Shown here piece after piece: positions 40,744 to 49,783 of a stretch of 64,000 bases of DNA; position 1 is the first letter of the stretch; the number at the start of each line of letters is the position of its first letter. Source of the stretch: Candidatus Omnitrophota bacterium (GTDB taxonomy: Bacteria; Omnitrophota; Gorgyraeia; Zapsychrales; Fredricksoniimonadaceae); contig JADFZK010000004.1 of the NCBI GenBank assembly GCA_015232565.1, positions 11,907-75,906 on the forward strand, in the 5' to 3' direction. The position numbers and the translations under genes are program-made. The notes under the pieces are model-generated. The model made no database searches and was not told the DNA's origin. It saw only the letters and a list, made by a program, of their open reading frames with translations.

Positions 40744-40818
40744 CTGGTGTAACCAGATAGCTACATTATTAAATTAATTAACACCAACTTCAATAAATAT
40801 CTTAAAAATTTTTGGATG

Positions 40819-40846
40819 ATTTTATCATTCACTCCATAAAAGTAAA
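40819..40846 (-). promoter_or_regulatory. Putative sigma70 promoter for the giant gene
   Basis: TTTACT-16 bp-TAAAAT with an extended -10 TGn, in an AT-rich intergenic region. Confidence 0.4.
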
Positions 40847-40871
40847 ACGAAATTCTCTCGACGGTAAATCT

Positions 40872-42512
40872 TTAACGCGCGGACCGCGCGAAACGGGCGC
40901 CGTAAACAATGCCTGCCGCAGGGTCAAACCGGGCCTTAAGCCCATCCCTGGCAGGGTCTTTGGCCGCGAAATCCCGGGACGATACCTGAAAAGAAAGAGC
41001 GCTTCCGGACTGATAATCACCTCCGCGATATCCTATGCCGCTTGTCCCAACGACACCACCTGATTGTTGATAACCTGGCCAATCACTATTTGTTGCATTG
41101 CCTTCAAAACCAGTCAATGTTGCTACTTCCCCATCTCCATGAGAACCTATGAATTCAAGGCCTTGCGAAACACCTAACGATACTACGGGCTCAGCCACAT
41201 TGCCGGAAAGCTCCATATTGCCATACTTTCCCGCACCACTCATCTCCCGGCTCGAAGTATTCTCGGAAAATATCCCCACTCGTAATGGGCCTCTTTGACC
41301 GGCGGCCAAACCATCATCGCGGCCATCTCCGGTAGTCCACACTGCATCGTTGCGATTCAAATTTGCCGCGCCGTTAATTATCACTTCGGTACCATCCTCG
41401 TCCTGATTAGGCGGAAATATCTGGTCGGCCCCGGCGGGCTTGGCCGAATCATAGTTCATCCTCCAGGCCAGCTCATTGGCCACCGGCTGAACCAAGCCGC
41501 GGGCGGCTTTCTCAAATTCCAACTCGGTCATCGGGCGCAAGCCGGCCCAATCCGCATATGCCGCGGCATCTTGCCAGGCGATATAACTCATCGCCCGGGC
41601 AGGACGTTTCGTTTCCGCCGGAAGATTGGGATTAGCCGAGTCCCAGGAAATAGTATTACGATTAACAACGTCATCCGAACCCTTTCCCCCCAAAGAAGAA
41701 GAGCTGCTAGCCGTAATATCACGATTCATTTTCGCCGGTGGAGATAAAGTATTAAAGAAATTCACCCACTCTCCCTCGGTAAGTTCATACTTCATCAAAT
41801 AAAACGACTTATAACCGTTAGGAAATGAATTCAATATTCGAAATTCCTTACCACTTGCATACTCACCATTCGCCCCTGAACTTTGGTAAAAATATCCGCT
41901 ATCCGGCGTATTAGTAGTCATGAAACCGGCATCAGAAGAAATATACCATGGCAAGTTACCCTTATCATCGCTTGCATAACCTTGTTTAAAATGATACGGC
42001 GACGAACTGGGTCCGTCACCGGCAAAAAAGGCCCCGTCGGGAATATAAACCATCTCGATACCAAAAAGCCTGGTAAGGGTATTGGCCGCTTTGGCCGTAG
42101 CCTCACTCAACCCGGCCGCTTTATAATCCCAAACAAACTTTATATCTTTAGCATCAACTGTGCCCGACATAGTACCATTACGCCGAAAGAAAAAACCCTT
42201 ACTGTCTTCCGGCACAAAAGCCTCGAAGCCCGATGGCAAAACAAAACCAGCCGGATTAATTCCTGAACCATACATGCTCGCATGATGCCAGGTCTTGCCC
42301 GCATCAGTAGAATATTTCATAAATATCCAGGCCGCATCATGTGAAACCCCGTCACGCCAGCTGTTTTCCTGTTTAAGGTTAAAAGTGAAGGTCATCGCCC
42401 CCGCTCCGTTAGCGGAAACTTCGTCAAAGCCGGAAAGTGAAAGGTTATTAGCAGTTACGGGCGAAGTGAAACCGATCAATAAAGCAAAAAGCAGGCAGGT
42501 TTTTTTTAACAT
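40872..42512 (-). CDS. Secreted FGE-sulfatase (SUMF1/EgtB/PvdO-like) domain protein, paralogue 2
   Basis: Signal peptide; EMVYIPDGAF, MKYELTEGEWVNFFN, LRPMTELEFEKAARG, YGNMELSGNVAE, RGGDY, terminal GARFAR. Confidence 0.85.
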   Translation of the reverse strand: MLKKTCLLFALLIGFTSPVTANNLSLSGFDEVSANGAGAMTFTFNLKQENSWRDGVSHDAAWIFMKYSTDAGKTWHHASMYGSGINPAGFVLPSGFEAFVPEDSKGFFFRRNGTMSGTVDAKDIKFVWDYKAAGLSEATAKAANTLTRLFGIEMVYIPDGAFFAGDGPSSSPYHFKQGYASDDKGNLPWYISSDAGFMTTNTPDSGYFYQSSGANGEYASGKEFRILNSFPNGYKSFYLMKYELTEGEWVNFFNTLSPPAKMNRDITASSSSSLGGKGSDDVVNRNTISWDSANPNLPAETKRPARAMSYIAWQDAAAYADWAGLRPMTELEFEKAARGLVQPVANELAWRMNYDSAKPAGADQIFPPNQDEDGTEVIINGAANLNRNDAVWTTGDGRDDGLAAGQRGPLRVGIFSENTSSREMSGAGKYGNMELSGNVAEPVVSLGVSQGLEFIGSHGDGEVATLTGFEGNATNSDWPGYQQSGGVVGTSGIGYRGGDYQSGSALSFQVSSRDFAAKDPARDGLKARFDPAAGIVYGARFARSAR

Positions 42513-42544
42513 AGGCTCTTTTGTAGGAAGTTTTAAGTGTTGAT

Positions 42545-44143
42545 CTACTGTCCGTCGACAGTCCTAACCCCGCGGCCGCCGGTAGCCGGGCCGCCATTAG
42601 CCGTGACCAGCGCGGCCTCAGTGCGATCGGAAACCTGAAGGCGGCCAACGCCATCCTGCCAGGAACCACCGCGTAAACCAGCCCCGACCGACGCCACGAC
42701 ACCTTTGGTCGTGTCGGAGCCCATGCCCGGCCAGCCGGCAACATCGGCATTGCCCTCAGATCCGGGAGTGGTCGTTAAATAGCCATTGCCATTAGCATAA
42801 CCATTCTTTTCGTTTACCGCCAAAGCCAAACCCTGAGCATTACCAATGGTTACGGCCCACTCTTTAAGATTTCCGGAAAGCTCCATCTGGCCATATTTAC
42901 CGGCGCCAGCCGCGATCCGGGTGGAATTCGGAGTAGAAAATATTCCTGCCCGTAAGGGGCCTTTTTGATACTCCAACCCCTTTACAGCATCGCCGCCGGT
43001 TAAACCCGGCTCAGCGAAACTGGCATTGGCATTCAATGTAGTCACCGTCTCAGTACCATCTTCCTCCACCGCGCTAAGTGCGGACGCTGGTATAGCGACC
43101 TTGTTCCCCCAGGCAAATTCGCCGGCTAAGGGCAACGCCGGACCGCGCGCAGCTTTCTCAAATTCCAATTCCGACCAGGGCCGTAAGCCCGCCCAATCCA
43201 GAAAAGCGCACAGATCCATCCAGGATAAATAACTGACGGCCCGAAAAGGACGCTGGGTAGAACACACCAAAGGCGACCCCGAGCAGGCTACAGTATTCCG
43301 GAAAACCACCGCATCCGAATTCTTATGTGAAGCATTGGTAATATCCCGACTCACACGAGCCGCGGCCGGCAAAGAATTCACAAACTCGACCCACAAACCC
43401 TCGGTAAGTTCGTATTTCATGGCATAAAAAGCACTATAACCTTTGGGGAAATCCTGGGGAATAACAAAAGAAGCCCCTGAAGGCGCCTCGCCGGGGTTAT
43501 CGCCGGAAACATAGTAATAACCGCCATTGGCAACCGCTGAAACAGTAATCGGCGCATTACTTTCGATATTCCACGGATTAGTATCGGCTGAGCCTTTCCT
43601 TAAAGAAGCATTTGCCGAACCCTGATCACCGGCATAAAAAGAGCCCGCTGGTATCAAAACCATTTCCAGCCCTACCACATTAACGGCAATAGTAGTGTTC
43701 TCGGCAAAACCACAATTACTGTAATCCACGGTGACCTTGACATCGGACGAGGAGAATGACGAAATGTCTTTATGCGCCAGCGGACGGATAAACGCCCCCA
43801 CTTTATCTACGGGAACATAAAGCTCGGCATTATCATTCGTTCCGGCCGCTGAACCCGCCGGAGCAACGCCCGAGGCGATCAGCTTGCACAGCCGTTTCTC
43901 GCCGGATGCCGCGCTGGTATCGAACAAACGCACCGTCAGCCAGGCGGCGTCATGATTAACCTTGTTCCGCCAGGAATTGTCCCAGGAAACATCAAAGAAA
44001 ACCGTTACGGTCTTGGCTTGCGGATCGCGGGCGCCCAGACGCACATTTGAAATATTAAGATTATTGGCCAGAACATTAGAGGAGAAAAATATTGAGGCTA
44101 AACCAATCCCGAAGAGTACGAAAACAGCCCTGCAGTTACCCAT
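42545..44143 (-). CDS. Secreted FGE-sulfatase (SUMF1/EgtB/PvdO-like) domain protein, paralogue 1
   Basis: Signal peptide; EMVLIPAGSF, MKYELTEGLWVEFVN, LRPWSELEFEKAARG, YGQMELSGNLKEW, RGGSW, terminal GGRGVR. Confidence 0.85.
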   Translation of the reverse strand: MGNCRAVFVLFGIGLASIFFSSNVLANNLNISNVRLGARDPQAKTVTVFFDVSWDNSWRNKVNHDAAWLTVRLFDTSAASGEKRLCKLIASGVAPAGSAAGTNDNAELYVPVDKVGAFIRPLAHKDISSFSSSDVKVTVDYSNCGFAENTTIAVNVVGLEMVLIPAGSFYAGDQGSANASLRKGSADTNPWNIESNAPITVSAVANGGYYYVSGDNPGEAPSGASFVIPQDFPKGYSAFYAMKYELTEGLWVEFVNSLPAAARVSRDITNASHKNSDAVVFRNTVACSGSPLVCSTQRPFRAVSYLSWMDLCAFLDWAGLRPWSELEFEKAARGPALPLAGEFAWGNKVAIPASALSAVEEDGTETVTTLNANASFAEPGLTGGDAVKGLEYQKGPLRAGIFSTPNSTRIAAGAGKYGQMELSGNLKEWAVTIGNAQGLALAVNEKNGYANGNGYLTTTPGSEGNADVAGWPGMGSDTTKGVVASVGAGLRGGSWQDGVGRLQVSDRTEAALVTANGGPATGGRGVRTVDGQ

Positions 44144-44233
44144 AAAACCTCATGCAATTTTTTACACCCAAGCAACGCGCTAGATCCCCTTCGAAAACTA
44201 CTACTGCGGGCGAACGATAGCGAAAGAGTTTCT

Positions 44234-45067
44234 TCAGTTCGCGATATTAATCTTGCCGGTAAGCTCGGTCTTATCAGCCTTTGAATTGCTTAAGGCCGAT
44301 TTCAAACTAATTTTGGCAGCAACAATCTTTTCTTCAACCAATTTACGATCATCAGTTTGCGGTTTAAGATACAAAAACCACTGATAATGCTTCAAAGCGG
44401 TTTCCTGATCACCGATGTACTCGCCACTGACAAAAGCCAGATTATAATGGGCATCAGCATCGTAAGGCATCAGATCCACCGCCTGATAATACTCCACTAC
44501 CGCCCGCTGATATTCGCCGCGTTCAAAATAAACATTGCCCATATTATAATGCGCCCGCGCCAGCTCTTCCTTGAATTTCTCGTCCTCAGGATCCAGGTCG
44601 CCGCCCTTCATCAGGACTTCATTAGCCTTCTTTTCCACTTCCACCAGCGGCATGATCGGGCCTTTTAAAGAAGCGGCCGGAACGTCGGATCTTTTAACAT
44701 CAGAACCCGACGACTTGATCTGATCTTCCATCTTCTTCATCCTGGCTTCGAACGAATCTTCCTGCGAAGCCATCTGGGTGCGCATATCCTCGAGGTCTTT
44801 GGTGTATTTGGAATTCAAATTCTCAACCCGGCGGATCTCCTTGACGAATTGCTCCCGTTCCAAACGCATTTCTTCCACGCGCTTGGCCTCATATTCTTTT
44901 TCGTTCTTAAGGCGCTCGATCTCCTTCTTGAAAGACTCGGTATCCGCCTGCACACCAGCCGCGGAAGGGGCTTGCTCGACGGCGTAAGCCGGCCAGGCAC
45001 CCAAAACCGTTGACATCATTGCCAGCGCAAAACCAGCACCAATGATCTTTTTGAAGGACGCTCTCAT
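44234..45067 (-). CDS. Exported coiled-coil + TPR protein
   Basis: ATG 45067 with GGAGAGG RBS; signal peptide ending AYA; coiled coil; TPR motifs AHYNMGNVYFERGEYQRAVVEYYQAVDLMP and DAHYNLAFV. Confidence 0.88.
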   Translation of the reverse strand: MRASFKKIIGAGFALAMMSTVLGAWPAYAVEQAPSAAGVQADTESFKKEIERLKNEKEYEAKRVEEMRLEREQFVKEIRRVENLNSKYTKDLEDMRTQMASQEDSFEARMKKMEDQIKSSGSDVKRSDVPAASLKGPIMPLVEVEKKANEVLMKGGDLDPEDEKFKEELARAHYNMGNVYFERGEYQRAVVEYYQAVDLMPYDADAHYNLAFVSGEYIGDQETALKHYQWFLYLKPQTDDRKLVEEKIVAAKISLKSALSNSKADKTELTGKINIAN

Positions 45068-45097
45068 AAAAACCTCTCCGGAATGGTTTGCAACCAA

Positions 45098-46672
45098 TTA
45101 ATTATAAGACTTGGACGGCTTTATTGAACCGCTCGATTCCTTGTAATTCTCTTTACCAGTCATGATGTGAGGCGTAATAAATATCACTATCTCCGTAGAG
45201 GTAGTTTCGTCAGCCTGGTTGCTGAAAAGCTTTCCCAACAATGGCATTTCCCCTAGGATCGGTATGCCTGTCTTGGTGTGCTTTTTATCGTCCTTCCGTA
45301 AACCAGCCAAAACAATGGTGGTCCCGTCCTCAACAAGTACCGTGGTTTCGATCTCGGTCTTGTTAACTTGAGGAATACCGCCTTCATTCGCGCTATTGGT
45401 TGACTTCACGCTAAGTACGACAGATGAAATCTCCGGTTTCAATCGCAGGGTAACCATGCCGTCGTCATTAATTGTGGGTGTTACACTTAATTTCAAACCA
45501 ACATCCACAAAACGAACATCTTCACTGATTACAGGATTAGCCGTACCCACCGTAGTCGAAATTATATAGGGGACCGTGTCACCTATGTGAATACGAGCTT
45601 CCTCATTATTGATAGCCAAAATTTTCGGATTAGAAAGGATCTTGGTATCGCTGACCTCATTCATTGCCTTGATCTGAGCCAGAAAATTGCCGGCATTAAC
45701 CGTGCCAACCTGGACCTTGCCGAAAGTTCCGTCTAGATTTGCAGCCGCAGGAGAACCAAAGCCAACAGTCATGTCGTGAATAGATTTATTTTTCAACAGC
45801 AACGACCAATCGATGCCCATGTCGTACTGTGGTTTAAGAATAACTTGCAGGATCCGCGCTTCGATCAAAACTTCTTTGGTCGGCTCATCCAGATGGCGCA
45901 CGATCTTTTCGATCTCGTCCTTGCGGCCAGGGAAAACCCTGACCACCAGCTGATTGGAACGCTCGTCGGCCGTAATGGAACCTACCGACTTGGCATCGAT
46001 CCGCATACGCAGTTTATCCGCCACTACATCCGCTTTGGCATATTGCAGGCTATAAACCATGGTTTCCAAAGGCTGTTCGATCTCCAGTACTACTTTTTTC
46101 ATTTTGGCAATGGACTCCGGCGTGTCGATCAGTACCAATGAACCGGTATCCTCATCGATGACGATCTTACCGACATTGCTCTTGATGTTGTCCAGCGTGG
46201 CCAACACATAACTGGGTTTGGCATACTGCAAATGCAGGGTTTCAACCACCGTTTTGTCGCCGAACTGCTTGCCGAACATGGCTTCATACTCAACCGAGGT
46301 CATTACCTGAATTATGTCGTTCTGAATGGAATACGCCAAGCGGTTGGAGACCACCACGATATCCAGCGCGTCCTTGATGCCCACATTGTCCAACAGCACG
46401 GTGGTGCGTCCGTCAACGGCAGGGCTGACAATCACGTTGAAATCGCCCTTCATTGCCAAAAACTTGATAACGTCCACAATGTTCATGTCGCGCACATCGA
46501 GCGCGATCTTGCGGTTCATCCGCACTTCGATAGTTTCCCGTGGCTCAGTGAGGAGTATGGGCTTGGGAAGTTTGGGCTCTTCCGCCCGTAGAGGTGCGGC
46601 CGAAACCAAAAGCACGGCCGCGCCAAGGACAAACGGTAAAATCCTGAAGGAAAATGGCTTGAGTGTAGTCAT
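45098..46672 (-). CDS. Secretin (GspD/PilQ family outer-membrane channel)
   Basis: Signal peptide; N0/STN-like domain; Secretin_N repeats (LQYAK, ADERSNQLVV); EVLIEARIL, KILSNPKILAINNEEARIHIG, VGLKLSVTPTIN, GIPILGEMPLLGKLFS, EIVIFITPHI. Confidence 0.95.
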   Translation of the reverse strand: MTTLKPFSFRILPFVLGAAVLLVSAAPLRAEEPKLPKPILLTEPRETIEVRMNRKIALDVRDMNIVDVIKFLAMKGDFNVIVSPAVDGRTTVLLDNVGIKDALDIVVVSNRLAYSIQNDIIQVMTSVEYEAMFGKQFGDKTVVETLHLQYAKPSYVLATLDNIKSNVGKIVIDEDTGSLVLIDTPESIAKMKKVVLEIEQPLETMVYSLQYAKADVVADKLRMRIDAKSVGSITADERSNQLVVRVFPGRKDEIEKIVRHLDEPTKEVLIEARILQVILKPQYDMGIDWSLLLKNKSIHDMTVGFGSPAAANLDGTFGKVQVGTVNAGNFLAQIKAMNEVSDTKILSNPKILAINNEEARIHIGDTVPYIISTTVGTANPVISEDVRFVDVGLKLSVTPTINDDGMVTLRLKPEISSVVLSVKSTNSANEGGIPQVNKTEIETTVLVEDGTTIVLAGLRKDDKKHTKTGIPILGEMPLLGKLFSNQADETTSTEIVIFITPHIMTGKENYKESSGSIKPSKSYN

Positions 46673-47289
46673 AGCTTGATTGTTATCTCCTCGTTGGCGC
46701 GGCTGAAGACCACGCGATCCGTGTAGATGATCTTAACGATCACATCCTCAACCTTGTCTCCCTGTTTCAGGAAGTGGGTCATATGCGTAGCCGTATCTTC
46801 CAGCATTACAGTAGCGGACTCAGGCACATCCAGCCAGGCAATACCGACGATCTTGAACTTGGACATTTTCTTTTCCAAAGCCACCAGGTCGGAAGGCGCG
46901 GTCTCTTTTACCTCGACCTTTTTCTCGTAAGGCTGGAAAATATTGCGCGAACTGATCCTGTCCAGGTAATACCCGACACTTTTCATTTGCGGCACGAACA
47001 GATTTACATTCTCCCTGGCCGCACCATTGCCGGAGGAGAAAACCACTTCTTCGCCGATCAAGGTTAAGCCACTGCGCACTTCATAGGCGAAGAACAGTGC
47101 GCTGGCCACCACACATACAATTAAAAAAACATTGAACTGCCGGACATTGAACGCGAAACTACGACGGGGACTTGTTACCGCCGACTTCGCCAACATGGCC
47201 GGCGCTTCGCTCCTGGAGCCCGCCTGCGCCTTTTTGGAGGCTTCGATGATCTTCAGGAGTTTTTGTTCCGCGGTTTCTTTTTGTGCCAT
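46669..47289 (-). CDS. GspC/PilP-like inner-membrane accessory protein
   Basis: N-terminal TM; RNIFQP motif; C-terminal HR-like domain FKIVGIAW...ATVMLED..THFLKQGDKVEDVIVKIIYTDRVVF; stop overlaps the secretin start. Confidence 0.75.
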   Translation of the reverse strand: MAQKETAEQKLLKIIEASKKAQAGSRSEAPAMLAKSAVTSPRRSFAFNVRQFNVFLIVCVVASALFFAYEVRSGLTLIGEEVVFSSGNGAARENVNLFVPQMKSVGYYLDRISSRNIFQPYEKKVEVKETAPSDLVALEKKMSKFKIVGIAWLDVPESATVMLEDTATHMTHFLKQGDKVEDVIVKIIYTDRVVFSRANEEITIKL

Positions 47290-47355
47290 TTATCGTCGAC
47301 AGATTAAGGTTTGTTGGCCCGATGCGTTATCCGAAATAACTTCAGGAACGCTTTC

Positions 47356-47400
47356 ATATTAACATAGTGAAAGTGCCCGGCAAGTTTTTTTTAACTTTTT
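47356..47400 (-). promoter_or_regulatory. Putative sigma70 promoter at the head of the secretin/giant-protein/ATPase cluster
   Basis: TTGCCG (47383-47378), 16-bp spacer, TGn-TAATAT (47361-47356), with an A-tract UP-like element upstream. Confidence 0.5.
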
Positions 47401-47405
47401 TTCTC

Positions 47406-48365
47406 TTAATAAAAGCGTTTTTTTAGAAAATAGGCCCCGCCGGACAAAAGACCCGCGGTCCGGCTGAACGCGCGTAACCACATTATTGGCCCGGCCAGCA
47501 GGCCGTCCGATGAAAGCCCGATGATCCACAGTCCGGCCGCCAGCTCAAAACACAGAAACCCGCCCAACCACCACCAGAAGAATGCCGGCCAGAATAATCC
47601 CCCCGCTAAAACGGCCACCAGAGGAACCTCCGCAATATCTTTCCAAAAAGTGTAATCATCTCCCGCGGCCATGGCTGTATGGTCAAGATAGGTGCGCACG
47701 CGCCAGAAACCATGCCGGAACTGTTCCCGTAAATATTTTCCCAGGGACTCCTGGTGATAATGGGCAACACAAGCATCCGTGATAAAGCGGATCCGGGCTC
47801 CGGAACGTAGAACACGATAGCTCAGATCATTATCTTCCCCGCTGGCCCGACGGTAAGATTCATTAAAACCGCCCAGCTGGCGAAACAGCTCCGCTGTAAT
47901 GGCAAAATTGTAACTGCCAAAAGCCCGCGGATACTCCGGCATTAAACGCAAATGCCGATACCGGATCTCGGCATGAATGATGCGCGCGAGAGCGGATCGT
48001 GGATTGGCTATGCCGTAACTGCCGGCCACCGCCCCCACTCGAGACGCATTAAAACCCGCCAGCATTTTCTTAAGCCAGCCGGCTTCCGGACGGCAATCTG
48101 AATCGATGAACAATAAAACATCCCCACTTGCCTGTGCCGCGCCATAATTCCGCGCGCTGGCCGGGCCGCTATTATTCTGATAAAAATATCTTACCCCGGG
48201 GAACGCCCGCGCGATACGTGCGGTGGCATCGGTGGAACCGTCGTCGACCAACACCAACTCCGGCGCGTTTTCAATGCTTTGCTCAAGCACCGCTTTTAGC
48301 GCTTCGGCTATGGTGGCCTCCGCATTATACGCCGGAATGATGACACTAACTTTACCAAAACTCAT
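47406..48365 (-). CDS. GT2 family glycosyltransferase with C-terminal TM helices
   Basis: VSVIIPAYNAE, VDDGSTD, NSGPASARNYG, FIDSD (DxD), GEDNDLSYR, QFRHG. Confidence 0.92.
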   Translation of the reverse strand: MSFGKVSVIIPAYNAEATIAEALKAVLEQSIENAPELVLVDDGSTDATARIARAFPGVRYFYQNNSGPASARNYGAAQASGDVLLFIDSDCRPEAGWLKKMLAGFNASRVGAVAGSYGIANPRSALARIIHAEIRYRHLRLMPEYPRAFGSYNFAITAELFRQLGGFNESYRRASGEDNDLSYRVLRSGARIRFITDACVAHYHQESLGKYLREQFRHGFWRVRTYLDHTAMAAGDDYTFWKDIAEVPLVAVLAGGLFWPAFFWWWLGGFLCFELAAGLWIIGLSSDGLLAGPIMWLRAFSRTAGLLSGGAYFLKKRFY

Positions 48366-48724
48366 TGCGCGCGGCCTCTCAGGAGCTCCTTTACCTCCTC
48401 GAGCTCCCGCCCAAGGATGCCGATCTTTTGCGCCATCCGGTCATTCCGCCGGTTCTGCTGGCACAAAAATACTGTCAACAGAAGGCTTAAGAAAATAAAG
48501 ACCCCCATCAAGGCAAAGAAAATAAAGTTGCTGGGCAACTCGAATCCCAGTAACACCGCAAGACGGAATACCCAGGAAGGGAAAGCCGCCGCCAACACCC
48601 CCGCCCCGGCAAAGAACAACCAGGCGAATGCGTATTTAAAGGTCAGTTTCTCCCGGCGGACAAGCTCGACCACAAACAAGAACAAGCCGGAAGAAAGCAA
48701 TAAAGCTATTGTTTTTATTCCCAT
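48362..48724 (-). CDS. DUF2304-like membrane protein
   Basis: 120 aa, three TM segments, VRREKLTFKYAFAW, LGFELPSN, C-terminal MAQKIGIL; typical neighbour of DPM1-like GT2 genes. Confidence 0.8.
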   Translation of the reverse strand: MGIKTIALLLSSGLFLFVVELVRREKLTFKYAFAWLFFAGAGVLAAAFPSWVFRLAVLLGFELPSNFIFFALMGVFIFLSLLLTVFLCQQNRRNDRMAQKIGILGRELEEVKELLRGRAQ

Positions 48725-49431
48725 GTGCCGTAGACCTTTCTGTCTTTCAACATATGCAGTAAGATTGCCGCCGTAACTTTTATCATATAATACGGCGATT
48801 TCAGCCGGCCGATAGAACTTTTACCCGCCAGGCGCGCGCGCATCTCGACCGGCACCTCCATCAGGCGGGCGCCCAGGCGGCGCGCCACCACGATCGCTTC
48901 CGGCTCGGGGAAATCAACCGGATAATACCCACCGTAAACCTTAATGAGTTTACGTCCGCAGGCCCGGAAGCCGGAGGTCGGGTCGGACGCGGCAAAGCCC
49001 GTCAACACCCGGATCAAAACCCGAAAGAACGCTATTCCCATACGCCGGGAGAAAGAAGAACGAAACCCCCCCGACTGGGACAGGAAACGACTGCCGATCA
49101 CCATATCGGCCTGCCCCTCCAGTACCGGCTGGATGATCGCCACCAGAAAATTCACATCATGCTGACCGTCGCCATCAACCTGCACCGCCACCGCAAAATC
49201 ATGCTCCGCGGCATAACGATACCCGGCCTGCACCGCACCGCCAATGCCCAGGTTAAAGGGCAGAGAGATCACCCGGGCGCCCGCGGACCGGGCACACTCG
49301 GCAGTATCATCAAGCGAACCATCATTTATGACCAAAGGGACCACCGCGCCCGGCAAGGCCAATACTTCCCGCACCACCCGGGCAATATTGCCAGCTTCAT
49401 TATAAGCCGGAATGATGGCGATGACCTTCAT
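48715..49431 (-). CDS. GT2 glycosyltransferase, DPM1-like
   Basis: IIPAYNEAGNI, INDGSLDDT, NLGIGGAVQAG, VDGDGQH, DMVIGSRF, DPTSGFR. Start may be 49431 or 49440. Confidence 0.92.
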   Translation of the reverse strand: MKVIAIIPAYNEAGNIARVVREVLALPGAVVPLVINDGSLDDTAECARSAGARVISLPFNLGIGGAVQAGYRYAAEHDFAVAVQVDGDGQHDVNFLVAIIQPVLEGQADMVIGSRFLSQSGGFRSSFSRRMGIAFFRVLIRVLTGFAASDPTSGFRACGRKLIKVYGGYYPVDFPEPEAIVVARRLGARLMEVPVEMRARLAGKSSIGRLKSPYYMIKVTAAILLHMLKDRKVYGTWE

Positions 49432-49432
49432 T

Positions 49433-49783
49433 TCACGCATCCCCTTTACCAAAAATGTGTTTGATCCGAGTCAAAAGGCTATAGTCCATTATCGTGTCAT
49501 CCGCCTGTATCACCATTCCCCCGCGCAATTCCCGGTTGCAGGCAATGGCCACAGCAGCACACGGAAAACTACGCTGGAGCAAAGCCCGTAATTTTAATTC
49601 ATCAGCCGCAGAAAGCTCAACGCAAGTAATCACCGAGACCACCCTTACTTCTTTACGCGGCGGAGCCTGTTCCAGAGCCTGCCAGGCCGCCCGCACCAGC
49701 TCACGTTTTAACATCAGCCACAAAATCGCCAGTATGATCGCGGCCAAAACCCCTTGTGCCAATAGCAGTTTAACCAGGATCAT
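49433..49783 (-). CDS. Membrane-anchored ATP synthase delta/OSCP C-terminal-like protein
   Basis: N-terminal TM followed by VSVITCVELSAADELKLRALL and NRELRGGMVIQADDTIMDYSLLTRIK, matching the delta C-terminal pattern (VxSAxxL...DxxLIGGxxIxxGDxxIDxSxxxxL). Confidence 0.7.
   Translation of the reverse strand: MILVKLLLAQGVLAAIILAILWLMLKRELVRAAWQALEQAPPRKEVRVVSVITCVELSAADELKLRALLQRSFPCAAVAIACNRELRGGMVIQADDTIMDYSLLTRIKHIFGKGDA

Noticed and set aside
40872-44143. Diversity-generating retroelement targeting the FGE/CLec-fold genes
   Set aside because: No reverse transcriptase, no Avd, and no template/variable repeat pair with adenine-specific mismatches seen in this window
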